A DNA stretch of 64,000 nt from Abditibacteriaceae bacterium. Its GTDB lineage: Bacteria > Armatimonadota > Abditibacteriia > Abditibacteriales > Abditibacteriaceae. Position numbers and translations under genes: made by a program. This document shows, piece by piece, positions 19,103 through 28,639 of the stretch. The DNA lies in the NCBI GenBank assembly GCA_965277285.1, contig OZ255721.1:480001-544000 (forward strand). The letters are read 5' to 3'. Within the stretch, counting starts at the first letter, position 1, and the number at the start of each line of letters is the position of its first letter. Under the pieces are notes generated by a model. It was not told the origin of the DNA and ran no database searches. It worked only from the letters and a program-made list of their open reading frames with translations.

Positions 19103-21295
19103 ATGCGTTATTTCTTCTTTCTTCGACAGGTCTTCCGTACGCATTATCGAGTACTCGAAACCGGCGCTTTGTTGCTTTTCGTCATGCTGGGCGCTCTTTC
19201 GGCGCGCGCGGCGGAACCGATTACGATGCAGATCGATTCGCCCTTCGCGTTAGCCACCAAGCCTCTGGGTTTGCAGATTAAAACTGGACGTTGGTTTCCT
19301 GTCGCAGTGACCTTGACCAACAGAGGCGACGCCGTTTCGGGGCGATTGCAATTGCAATTGACTTCGTCGGGCAACGGCAGCAATCGCAATGCGGCGTTTT
19401 ATACCGATGTCGATTTGCCGACCAACGCGCGCAAACGCGTTTGGCTTTATGGGCGCGGCGAAGGCATGGAACTCGATGGCGCCAGCGTTTCGTTTACGGG
19501 GCGCGACATCAAAACGCAAACGCAAAATCTCACCTTGAAGCCGCTCGACATTGCCGAAAGAACGGTTCTCACCATCAGCGATTCCGGCGAAAAGTTAGCA
19601 TTTCTCACCGGTTTGAAAGGCAAGAGTTTGGCCGTTCCCGAAGAATTGGCGCAATACGATCAGCAGGCGCAATATAACTACAATCAAAACGGCAATTCGA
19701 GTACTCGAAACACGTTTTTGCGGCCTCTGGGAAGCTCGCACGAATTTATTCCCGACCGCGCGGTGGGTTTGGAAAGTGCTGATGTCGTCGTCTTGCGCGA
19801 TTTTTCGCAATCGGCGCTGACGCCCGAACAGTTGGACTCTCTGCGCAATTACGTCGCGCAAGGCGGCACGATGGTTGTCTTCGGCGGCAGCGATTGGCAA
19901 CGCTTGAGCAGTTCACCGCTCAAAGATTTGTGGCCAGTTGACGCCGCTTCCTCCAATGCCGCGTCCGCCGCTGAAACCGCGAAAATCGTGGCGCGCTACG
20001 TCAAAGGTAAAACGCTGTCCGGCGCCGATAAATTGGGTGGCGCGCCGCTTCTCGTGACGCGTGGCGCTTTGCGTGCAGACGCTCAGAATGTGGTTGCGAT
20101 GGGCGCCAGTTCTTGGCTGAGCGAGCGCGATTATGGTGCGGGACGCGTGCTGATGATGAGCGGCGATCCGTCGGCACCTCCGTTTTTGGGCTGGAGCGGA
20201 CAAAGCGCGCTGTGGACAGACGTGATGAAAAACCTGTCGGATGTGCAACGGCTGGAAAGCGTTGGACACAACGGCTATGACAACAGTTCTTATCCGGGCT
20301 ACAACAATTACGGCGACACGCAGCAAGCCGGTTCGACCGAACAATTGCTCAGCGTCATCAAAAAACTGCCGCAATTGCAAACGCCGCCGACCAGCGTCAT
20401 CGCGTGGTTTCTGGCGGTCTACGTGTTTTGCCTGGTGCCTTTGAACTACTTTATTTTGCGCGGCATCGACAAGCGCGAACTGGCGTGGGTCACCATTCCG
20501 GTTATCGCGGTCGCGTTTTCGATTGCCAGTTATCTGGCGGCGCGGCGCATCAAAGGAACAGATTTGCTGGTGCGCCAGGTCAACATCGTGCAAAGCAGCG
20601 GAACCAGTGACCGCGCGCGCACCGACGCCATGATGTGGCTTTATTCGCCGCGCCGCGCCAATTACGACATTTCGAGTACTCAATCGCTCGCGCTGGCCGA
20701 TTACGTGGCGGGCGATTTCAACGCTCCAGCCTCGAGTTTGAGTTTGCGCCAGCCGGATGCGGCCAAATCGTTTCGCGTTGAAGGCGCAGGCGTCAAAATG
20801 TGGGACGAAGCCGAATTTGTCGGGCAGGGAACGTTGCCCACCAACAACGGCGTGAGCCTGCAAAAAAGCGGAAAAGGTTACCGCATACTCAATCGGACAC
20901 CATTCAATTTGCGCGGCGCGGTTCTAATTTCAGGAACCGGCATTTATCATTGCGGCGACATTTTGACGGGGCGCGCCGCAACCGCGAATTCGGTTGGAAC
21001 GGCGGCTTCCCAAGAAGATCTGGTGGCGCATATCGCTGCGGCTTCCGGTCTGGACACGATTTTTCCTTCGCCCAAGCAAGTCAACGCGAAAAACAATCCC
21101 GCGCTGGCCGATTCGACATTGCGCGATTTGGCCGCCGCGACACTGCGCACCGCTTTCCACTTCGATGCGCAACACGACGCAAATGTTTTGGTCGCTTGGG
21201 GAACGGAGCCTGTGGCGCCTCTGACAATTGAAGGCGAAAATGCGCGTCAACAAAGCGTCACGCTGTTTTTGTTCCGCTTGCCGTCGCTCAGGTAG
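19103..21295 (+). CDS. membrane-anchored protein with a class-I glutamine-amidotransferase-like segment
   Basis: GRWFPVAVTLTN; LTPEQLDSLRNYVAQGGTMVVFGG; YGAGRV; TM pair with PLNY..LR..DKRELAWVTIP; start uncertain. Confidence 0.7.
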   Translation: MRYFFFLRQVFRTHYRVLETGALLLFVMLGALSARAAEPITMQIDSPFALATKPLGLQIKTGRWFPVAVTLTNRGDAVSGRLQLQLTSSGNGSNRNAAFYTDVDLPTNARKRVWLYGRGEGMELDGASVSFTGRDIKTQTQNLTLKPLDIAERTVLTISDSGEKLAFLTGLKGKSLAVPEELAQYDQQAQYNYNQNGNSSTRNTFLRPLGSSHEFIPDRAVGLESADVVVLRDFSQSALTPEQLDSLRNYVAQGGTMVVFGGSDWQRLSSSPLKDLWPVDAASSNAASAAETAKIVARYVKGKTLSGADKLGGAPLLVTRGALRADAQNVVAMGASSWLSERDYGAGRVLMMSGDPSAPPFLGWSGQSALWTDVMKNLSDVQRLESVGHNGYDNSSYPGYNNYGDTQQAGSTEQLLSVIKKLPQLQTPPTSVIAWFLAVYVFCLVPLNYFILRGIDKRELAWVTIPVIAVAFSIASYLAARRIKGTDLLVRQVNIVQSSGTSDRARTDAMMWLYSPRRANYDISSTQSLALADYVAGDFNAPASSLSLRQPDAAKSFRVEGAGVKMWDEAEFVGQGTLPTNNGVSLQKSGKGYRILNRTPFNLRGAVLISGTGIYHCGDILTGRAATANSVGTAASQEDLVAHIAAASGLDTIFPSPKQVNAKNNPALADSTLRDLAAATLRTAFHFDAQHDANVLVAWGTEPVAPLTIEGENARQQSVTLFLFRLPSLR

Positions 21296-21513
21296 GGACG
21301 CGAATCTTTGAGAGAAAATTGGCGGCAAGACGATGGAGTGGGGCTGAGCAGAACCTTGAAAAACGACCTTCTTTGTGGCATCCTACAAGGCGAAATGACG
21401 CACTGAAATAATTGTCAGCCATCGAATGCGAGCCATGAAACAAGTGGCATGTTCCTCCTTGCCAGACGGCGGGAAAAATGGTTTGCGCGGCGTGATGTAA
21501 ATCTGCCAACCAT

Positions 21514-23100
21514 GTGAAAGTTGAGCCGGACAACTCATCGGAGATCGAGCTTTCTATGTTGATAGAAGACACGTTGCCGCCAAACTCTTTTGTGCCTCAA
21601 GTGACGGATAAAATACCCTCTTCTCAAGAAGCAATGGATCATTCAAGTCACGGGACATCTCGAACTGCCGACTTAGCGCCTTTTGGCTCTATGACAAAGG
21701 ATTCGCCCTTTGTTGTCCAATCACAGCAGATTTTAAGTTTGTGTGGGTATCTTTCCGCGCGCAGTCCAGCGATTGTTCATGCCTGGCGCGCGATGATCGA
21801 AGATGACCTTTCGTTGGAGCGATACCGCTCCTTATCTGAACCCAAGTTTTTAGGGTACATTCCTCAAGTCCTGGAATCCTTGATTAACAGTCTGCGGGCA
21901 CAAAGCCGTCGCGGTGTCGCCGTGCGTTCTGGTGACAACAGGCACGAATATACACGGCAGGGCGTGCGGCGCGAAGATGTCGGCGCCGCGCGCGATCATG
22001 GTCGGGAGCGAGCACAAAGCGATTTTACCGTAACCGAAGTGACGCGCGAGTTCGGTTACCTGCATTTATGTGTCGCGGATGAAATCGAGTGTTATTGTCA
22101 GGAACACGCAGAGTGTTCAGTTGCGATGCTGCACTTGGCGCAACGCCAGTTGTCGATGCTCATCAATGCTGGAATCGAGCAAAGCCTGGCGCCTTTGACA
22201 AATTCGACGTATGCGCTTTCGAGTACTCGAAGTGCCCAGTTGGAAACCCAATTGACCGAATTTAAAGTAGCCGAGCACATGCGTGGCCAAGCGTTACGCG
22301 GCGCATCTCATGACTTGCGAGGCAGCCTGGCTGTTGTAGAAAGCGCGGCGTCCATGATCGCGCAAGCGGCTGACGAAGTTCTGCGTGCCGATTTGGTGGA
22401 GCTGATGCAGCGGAGCATTGCAGCGCTCAAGCGAATGATGAGTGACATGACACAATTGGCGCATCTGGAAACCGGTCAGGAAACAACACGAGTGGAATTG
22501 TTCGATGTTTCCGTGTTGCTCCGCGAACTTTGCGACGCTTCCCAACCGTTGGCGCGTCAACACAATCTGCGTCTCGAGGCCTCGGGCCCAATGCCATTTT
22601 TTATCGAAGGTGACCTCGTTAAAACTCAGCGCATAGCGCAAAACTTGTTGCTGAACGCTCTCAAATATACCTCGCAGGGCGGTGTCAGCCTGTCTTGGAA
22701 ACCTCGCGGCGATAACGAATGGGCGCTCAGCATCGCCGATACAGGTCAGGGTATCGATCACAAAGTCATCGAATCTTTATCCTCCTCTCCAACGCTATCT
22801 TCGACCGCCGTTGCGACGCCCTCTGCCATCACGCCACAAGCTGTCACATCGCTGAATGAAGGACCATTCCGAGCCACTGCGGGAGGTCAACCCTTGCTTG
22901 TATTGTGCGGCGATGGAGAAGATGAAGACGATACCGCGCGCGAGGCTGATTTTCAGGATCGCTTGCAGCCCAATGAAGGAATCGGTCTCGCAGTTGTGCA
23001 GCGTTTGTGCGCTTTGCTCGGCGCTCGCCTGGAAGTGAAATCGAGCATTTGCGGATCGACTTTCAGTGGAGTTTTCCCCCTTCGCTACGCATCTCAATAA
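21514..23100 (+). CDS. cytoplasmic sensor histidine kinase
   Basis: H box SHDLRGSL, N box NLLLNALKYT, G1 DTGQGI, G2 GIGLAVVQRL; RsbRD-like N-terminal helical region (ARDHGRERAQSDF); start uncertain. Confidence 0.88.
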   Translation: MKVEPDNSSEIELSMLIEDTLPPNSFVPQVTDKIPSSQEAMDHSSHGTSRTADLAPFGSMTKDSPFVVQSQQILSLCGYLSARSPAIVHAWRAMIEDDLSLERYRSLSEPKFLGYIPQVLESLINSLRAQSRRGVAVRSGDNRHEYTRQGVRREDVGAARDHGRERAQSDFTVTEVTREFGYLHLCVADEIECYCQEHAECSVAMLHLAQRQLSMLINAGIEQSLAPLTNSTYALSSTRSAQLETQLTEFKVAEHMRGQALRGASHDLRGSLAVVESAASMIAQAADEVLRADLVELMQRSIAALKRMMSDMTQLAHLETGQETTRVELFDVSVLLRELCDASQPLARQHNLRLEASGPMPFFIEGDLVKTQRIAQNLLLNALKYTSQGGVSLSWKPRGDNEWALSIADTGQGIDHKVIESLSSSPTLSSTAVATPSAITPQAVTSLNEGPFRATAGGQPLLVLCGDGEDEDDTAREADFQDRLQPNEGIGLAVVQRLCALLGARLEVKSSICGSTFSGVFPLRYASQ

Positions 23101-23186
23101 CTTTCCGGTCAATCACAGCTGCTTAAAGATGCGGGCAACGGGCAGAAAAACTTAAGCCGAAAAACCTAATTCGGACGCCATCAGCC

Positions 23187-24080
23187 TTAAGAAAAGCGCG
23201 AATAACTCAAGCGCGCCAGCAAATAACAGCCGAACGCCAGTGCCATCACGCGCATCAGCAAATGGACACGCCCAAAATCGGCCCGCGCAGAGTTTGCACT
23301 CGCGTTTCGAGTACTCGATTGCCAGAGCACGATAAAAAACAACGGAATCGTTCCTGATACGCACAAAATTGCCGCGTCATAGCGCAATCCGAATTCCCAC
23401 AGCGCCAGCGCGTTGCACAAAGTTCCGAGCGTGCTCCAGGCGAAACTCCAGCGAAAAACCGCCGTTCGACCGCCGTGTTCAACGAGCCAGGCCGCTAACG
23501 TTCGATCTCCGTGCTGCCTGTCTTCCGCTATTTGATAAAGCTGCGTCAGCGGATAAAACGCCGCCACGGTCAACGTCGCGCCGATCATGCCCCAGCGAAA
23601 CGGCGCGTCGGAATGCGGCTGTAACGCTGTGACCGCGCCCGCCAGACAATCGAGAACGCCTTGTCCCAAGGTAACAATGACCAGACCTTTCGCCGGATGA
23701 CCTTTGCCGCGCGGCAGCGGATGCGAATAAAGCAGCGATAAAACGAGCAAGCTGATGTAGAGAAAACACAGTTTTGCACCAAATGGCAGCAGTAAAATCA
23801 AGGCGCCGAGTTGCACGATCCAGGCGAAATGCCACAAGCCTGCGGGAACTTTCGGCGGCGCCCACATTCCACCGACGGGCGTTCCATCGCGGTCATAAAA
23901 CGAGTTGAGCGCCGTCATGCCACCAAAAGCGCCGATGTGAAAAATTAGGAAAACGGCGAGAAAGCGCCCGATTTCTGCATGCGTGCGAAACGTTCCGCCG
24001 CCCAGAAAAAAGCCCCACAGAAAAATCGGCGCGAGCTGCAGTTGGTAGGGAAGTCGCAACATCTTAAAATAAATGCGCAC
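23187..24080 (-). CDS. UbiA-family prenyltransferase-like membrane protein
   Basis: NSFYDRD, LYSHP, QLYQIAEDRQHGDRTLA; multiple TM segments. Confidence 0.82.
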   Translation of the reverse strand: MRIYFKMLRLPYQLQLAPIFLWGFFLGGGTFRTHAEIGRFLAVFLIFHIGAFGGMTALNSFYDRDGTPVGGMWAPPKVPAGLWHFAWIVQLGALILLLPFGAKLCFLYISLLVLSLLYSHPLPRGKGHPAKGLVIVTLGQGVLDCLAGAVTALQPHSDAPFRWGMIGATLTVAAFYPLTQLYQIAEDRQHGDRTLAAWLVEHGGRTAVFRWSFAWSTLGTLCNALALWEFGLRYDAAILCVSGTIPLFFIVLWQSSTRNASANSARADFGRVHLLMRVMALAFGCYLLARLSYSRFS

Positions 24081-24232
24081 GCGTTAATTGTAAGAGTTTG
24101 AACCACCAAGACACAAAGGACACCAAGAAAAGAAAATCGAGTACTCGATAAGGAACGAACCATTCCTTTGCAGCCTCTTGGTGTTCGGGTGCTCTTTGGG
24201 CGGATGTCTTAGTGGTTCAAGAAAAGGATATT

Positions 24233-25927
24233 ATGCAAAATGCCGCTGTCGCACAAATCTTTGAAGACATCGCTGATTGTCTGGAAATCGCGGGCGAAAA
24301 CGTCTTCAAAATTCGCGCTTATCGCCGCGCGGCGGAAGCCATCGCCACTTTTCCTGAAGCCATCGAAGACGCCGCCGATGCCGGAACACTCGACGAAATC
24401 GAAGGTTTGGGCGCCGCGACCATCGCCAAAACCAAAGAATATCTGGCGACAGGCCGCGTCGCCGAACTCGAACGCTTGCGCGAACAATATCCGCCGGGAC
24501 TTTTGGAACTGCTGCGCGTGCCCGGACTTGGCCCCAAGAAAATCGCGCAATTGTACAAAGAGCGTGGCATCTCCAATGTTGAAAGTTTGCAGAGCGCGAT
24601 TGCCAATGACGAACTGAAAGGTTTGGCGGGTTTCGGCCCTAAAACCATTGAAAACATCGCGCAAGGCATTCGGCGTTTGGGCGAAATGTCCAGTCAAGTT
24701 CCGCTGGGCGACGCGATTCCTGCCGCGTTTACGTTGAAGAAAATGCTGCAAGCCGTGCAAAATGAAGATCGAGTACTCAAAATCGAAGTGGCGGGCGAAA
24801 TCCGGCGCGGCTGCGATACGATTTCGGAAATTGTCCTGGTCGCGCACAGCGAAAACAGCCAGGTTCTTCATCGTTTCACGCAATTGCCGCTGGTCAAAGA
24901 TGTTGTGTCTCAGGACGAAAGCAGCGCGACGGTTCGCGTGCGTCCAGGCATCGAAGCGCGGCTGGAAATCGCGCCACGCGACAAGTTTGGCTCGTTGCTT
25001 TTTCGCGCGACGGGCAGCGATTCGCACGTTCAACACGCCGAAGTGCGCGCCCGCGAACTGGATGTTGCTCTGGAAAACTTCGCCGATGAAAAGTCGTTGT
25101 ATCGCGCTCTGGGCGTCGATTATATCCCGCCCGAACTGCGCGACAACAAAGGCGAATGGCAGGCCGCGCAAGACGGCAAGTTGCCGCAACTGATAGAAAT
25201 CGGCGACATTAAAGGCGACTTGCACGCGCATTCGACGTGGAGCGACGGAACCGCGAGCATTCGCCAAATGGTCATCGCAGCGCGCGAACGTGGCTATCAA
25301 TATCACGCGATAACTGACCATTCCAAAGCTTTGGCGATGGCGAACGGTTTGGACGCGCGACGCCTGCGCGAACAAGCGCGCGAAATCGCCGATGTGCAAG
25401 CCGAGTTTCCCGACATCAAGATTTTGCGCGGCATCGAATGCGACATCATGCGCGACGGAACTCTCGATTTGGACGACGACATTTTGCACGAACTCGACTG
25501 GGTTGTGGCGAGCGTTCATAGCGGCTTCAAAATGAGCGAAGGCGACCAGACCGAACGCATGATCCGCGCGATTTCGCATCCCGCCGTCGATCTCGTGGCG
25601 CATCCGACAGGCCGCATTGTCGGTCGTCGTCCGGGCTACGATGTCAATATCGCGGCCTTGATTGCTGCCGCCAAAGAACACGCGACGGCCTTGGAAATTA
25701 ACGCCAGCGAGCGTTTGGATTTGTGCGACGAGCACGCGTTCCTGGCGCGCGAAGCCGGAGTTTTGCTGTGTATTGATACGGACGCGCACTCGACACGAAT
25801 GCTGGAAAACCTGCATCTGGGCATTTTAACTGCGCGCCGCGCCTGGTGCGAAGCCCGAAACGTTCTCAACACCAAAACGCGTGACGAATTGATGGCATGG
25901 CTCAATCGTCCGCGCAAGTTTGTGTAG
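24233..25927 (+). CDS. polX: PolX-PHP DNA polymerase/3'-5' exonuclease (non-canonical polymerase site)
   Basis: NVFKIRAYRRAA, HhH VPGLGPKK, ATGS, IPPELR; PHP motifs DLHAHSTWSDG, ITDHS, AHPTGR, DTDAH. Confidence 0.95.
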   Translation: MQNAAVAQIFEDIADCLEIAGENVFKIRAYRRAAEAIATFPEAIEDAADAGTLDEIEGLGAATIAKTKEYLATGRVAELERLREQYPPGLLELLRVPGLGPKKIAQLYKERGISNVESLQSAIANDELKGLAGFGPKTIENIAQGIRRLGEMSSQVPLGDAIPAAFTLKKMLQAVQNEDRVLKIEVAGEIRRGCDTISEIVLVAHSENSQVLHRFTQLPLVKDVVSQDESSATVRVRPGIEARLEIAPRDKFGSLLFRATGSDSHVQHAEVRARELDVALENFADEKSLYRALGVDYIPPELRDNKGEWQAAQDGKLPQLIEIGDIKGDLHAHSTWSDGTASIRQMVIAARERGYQYHAITDHSKALAMANGLDARRLREQAREIADVQAEFPDIKILRGIECDIMRDGTLDLDDDILHELDWVVASVHSGFKMSEGDQTERMIRAISHPAVDLVAHPTGRIVGRRPGYDVNIAALIAAAKEHATALEINASERLDLCDEHAFLAREAGVLLCIDTDAHSTRMLENLHLGILTARRAWCEARNVLNTKTRDELMAWLNRPRKFV

Positions 25928-25986
25928 GGGCTTGGCGTGCCAAGCCTAATTTAAGACAACGCGGATTTGGCACGCCAAACCCCTAC
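25924..25986. repeat. GTAG-type REP doublet (family C) copy 1
   Basis: GTAGGGGCTTGGCGTGCCAA ... TTGGCACGCCAAACCCCTAC; supplies the polX TAG stop. Confidence 0.85.
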
Positions 25987-26015
25987 GACTACAGTCCAAC
26001 CAATTCGAGTACTCG

Positions 26016-27092
26016 ATGCACCAAACCGAACATCCGCAACACACATTCCAAGACGCCATTGATGAACGCGCCTTTCCGGGCGGCGTGGTTTTTCTGGCGC
26101 GCGACGGTGATGTGAAATTGCATGGAGCGTTTGGCACGACGGCTTACCGCGACGCAATTTCGCGCTCTGTCACAACGCAAACGTTATACGACATCGCCAG
26201 CGTTTCCAAGCTGTTCACCATGACGGCGACGCTCGTTTCAGCGCGCGAAAACGAAGTTTCGATTGATGAGAAGATCGCGCGTTTTCTGCCCGATTTCGAG
26301 TACTCGAAGGCGCGCGATGTCACGATTCGCCAATTGCTCAACCACACTTCAGGCTTGGGGATAGAAGTGCAGAGTTTGCACAAAACGCCAACCGAAAGTT
26401 GGGTGTCGCAAATCCCTAAAGCAGACTTGCGCGACCTTGCGGGAAACAGCGTGAAGTACAGTTGCACCAATTATTTTCTGCTTGGTCGTTTATTAGAAAA
26501 GTGGACGAACCAAGCGCTGGATAGATGGCTTGAAGAACGCTTGATTCGTCCGTTGGGAATGATGCGCACCACGTTTCGCCCGTTGACTGAGTATTCGTTA
26601 GACGAAATCGCGCCCTGTGAAATTGACGTGGAAACCGGCGCAGTTTGGCAAGGTATCGCACACGATGAAGCGGCGCGCGCCTGGATGCAGGAGCAGGGCA
26701 GCGCGGCGGGCAATTCCGGCTTGTTTTCGACCGCCGAAGACCTGGCAAAATTCGCGCAACTTTGGATTGACGAAGGTTTTTTCGACGGTCAGCAAATCGT
26801 TCATTCTGATGATGCGCGGCGTTCTTTCTCGGAAACCGTGCGCGCCGAGCATTACGATCAAGGCTTGGGCTGGCACGAAAACGTGTCGAGTTGGATGGGT
26901 TTGCGCGCGCCACAAGGCACCAGTGGTCACGCCGGTTTCACTGGCCCAACGTTGTGGATCGAGCCGCCGCACCTCGAATCGAGTACTCGAAGCGTTTGCA
27001 TCATTCTCAATAATCGCGTTTATCCTTCGCGCGATGGTGTTTTGCGTTTCAAATATCATCGTCGTATTGCGGAATGGTTGCACGGACATTGA
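26016..27092 (+). CDS. serine hydrolase, beta-lactamase class C-like
   Basis: ASVSK (SxxK), LLNHTSG, YSCTNY, GIAHDE, GHAGFTG. Confidence 0.92.
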   Translation: MHQTEHPQHTFQDAIDERAFPGGVVFLARDGDVKLHGAFGTTAYRDAISRSVTTQTLYDIASVSKLFTMTATLVSARENEVSIDEKIARFLPDFEYSKARDVTIRQLLNHTSGLGIEVQSLHKTPTESWVSQIPKADLRDLAGNSVKYSCTNYFLLGRLLEKWTNQALDRWLEERLIRPLGMMRTTFRPLTEYSLDEIAPCEIDVETGAVWQGIAHDEAARAWMQEQGSAAGNSGLFSTAEDLAKFAQLWIDEGFFDGQQIVHSDDARRSFSETVRAEHYDQGLGWHENVSSWMGLRAPQGTSGHAGFTGPTLWIEPPHLESSTRSVCIILNNRVYPSRDGVLRFKYHRRIAEWLHGH

Positions 27093-27125
27093 AGAGCATT
27101 TATTGCCTATAGGAGAGTGTCGAAG

Positions 27126-27281
27126 ATGCTTGGGTGTTTGATCGGCATACCTTTCTTCCTATTTTTCTTAATTGCAGGTTTTCTCGACTCCGTTAAAAAC
27201 GGCGATAGAAGTGACATGGCCTGCCAAGGAGGTTGTTTGTTAATAATCCTCTTTTTGTTTTGGCTCATATTCATTCACTAA
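27126..27281 (+). CDS. 51-aa two-TM small protein (not in ORF track)
   Basis: AGGAG at 27111; MLGCLIGIPFFLFFLIAGFLDSVKNGDRSDMACQGGCLLIILFLFWLIFIH; AT-rich. Confidence 0.55.
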   Translation: MLGCLIGIPFFLFFLIAGFLDSVKNGDRSDMACQGGCLLIILFLFWLIFIH

Positions 27282-27359
27282 GACGTAGTGTAAACACCAA
27301 AAGCGCCGTTCGAGTACTCGATTCTCGAACGACGCTTTTGGTGTTTACACTACGTCTTA
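27279..27359. terminator. long bidirectional hairpin joining the stop codons of two convergent genes
   Basis: 36-bp arms with 1 mismatch (TAAGACGTAGTGTAAACACCAAAAGCG...); palindrome copy at the apex. Confidence 0.75.
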
Positions 27360-28448
27360 AACACTGAAACGGAAGTGCATTACGTCGCCGTCCTGGACGA
27401 TGTATTCTTTGCCTTCAACACGCAGTTTGCCGGCTTTTTTGGCGCCCGCTTCGCCACCCAATTCGATGTAATCGTTGAAGGCGATCACTTCAGCGCGAAT
27501 GAAGCCGCGCTCGAAATCGGTGTGGATGACGCCTGCGGCCTGCGGGCCGGTCGCGCCGATTTCGGTTGTCCAGGCGCGCACTTCTTTTTCTCCAGCCGTG
27601 AAATACGTCTGCAAACCGAGCAAGTTGTAGCCAGCGCGAACCACGCGATTGAGGCCAGGTTCGTCCATCTTCATGTCAGATAAGAACTCAATTTTTTCTT
27701 CGTGGCTCAAATCGACAATTTCGGCTTCAAGCGAAGCGCAAACTGGCACAACGGGCGCGCCTTCGGCTTTGGCGTATTCTTGAACCGCCAGAAAATGCGG
27801 GTTTTGCGTCGGGTCGGCGTCCGCGACGTTGGCGACATACATCACCGGTTTGGCCGTCAAAAAGGCGAAAGGCTGCAACAATTCGGTTTCGTCTTTGGAT
27901 AATTGCAGCGCGCGAATAGCGCGGCCATCATTGAGCGATTCGAGTACTCGTTCCAAGATCGGCGCGACTTGAGCCGCGATTTTGTCGCCGGTTTTGGCAG
28001 CTTTTTGCGTGCGCGTCAAAACTTTTTCGACGCTCGCTAAATCAGCCAGCGCGAGTTCGGTGTCGATGACTTGAATATCAGAAACCGGATCGACTTTGCC
28101 CGCGACGTGAACTACATCGCCGTTATCGAAGCAGCGAACGACGTGCGCAATGGCGTCAGTTTCGCGGATGTTGGCCAGAAATTGGTTGCCCAAACCTTCG
28201 CCTTTACTGGCGCCTGCGACCAGTCCGGCGATGTCGACAAACTCCGTCACGGCGGGAACGGTGCGCTGCGGATTGACGATTTTCGCTAATTGTTCGAGGC
28301 GCGCGTCGGGCACTTCGACGATGCCGACGTTGGGTTCGATGGTGCAAAACGGATAATTTTCCGCCGCGATTCCGGCTTTGGTGAGGGCGTTAAAAAGCGT
28401 CGATTTTCCGACGTTTGGCAAACCGACGATGCCGCATTTCAAACTCAT
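27357..28448 (-). CDS. ychF: redox-regulated ATPase YchF
   Basis: [57 protein letters not shown]-terminus. Confidence 0.98.
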   Translation of the reverse strand: MSLKCGIVGLPNVGKSTLFNALTKAGIAAENYPFCTIEPNVGIVEVPDARLEQLAKIVNPQRTVPAVTEFVDIAGLVAGASKGEGLGNQFLANIRETDAIAHVVRCFDNGDVVHVAGKVDPVSDIQVIDTELALADLASVEKVLTRTQKAAKTGDKIAAQVAPILERVLESLNDGRAIRALQLSKDETELLQPFAFLTAKPVMYVANVADADPTQNPHFLAVQEYAKAEGAPVVPVCASLEAEIVDLSHEEKIEFLSDMKMDEPGLNRVVRAGYNLLGLQTYFTAGEKEVRAWTTEIGATGPQAAGVIHTDFERGFIRAEVIAFNDYIELGGEAGAKKAGKLRVEGKEYIVQDGDVMHFRFSV

Positions 28449-28639
28449 TGTGTTTTGTTAGTCTCCAGAAAATTGCCGTTTCAGTATAGAACGGTGCGCA
28501 AGTTTTCGCCGATAGAGACAATAAGAAGCGGAGGAATATCTTCAGAAGTTTGTCGCGCTGTTCTTCATAAAACGATGCACAGATAACTTTATCTGTGCAT
28601 TGAGTACTCGAAGGTGTAGAGGACTATCGCCAACGTAGT

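Noticed and set aside
26016..27092. Antibiotic-resistance beta-lactamase call
   Set aside because: Motifs support only the broad serine-hydrolase family; there is no signal peptide or class-specific evidence.
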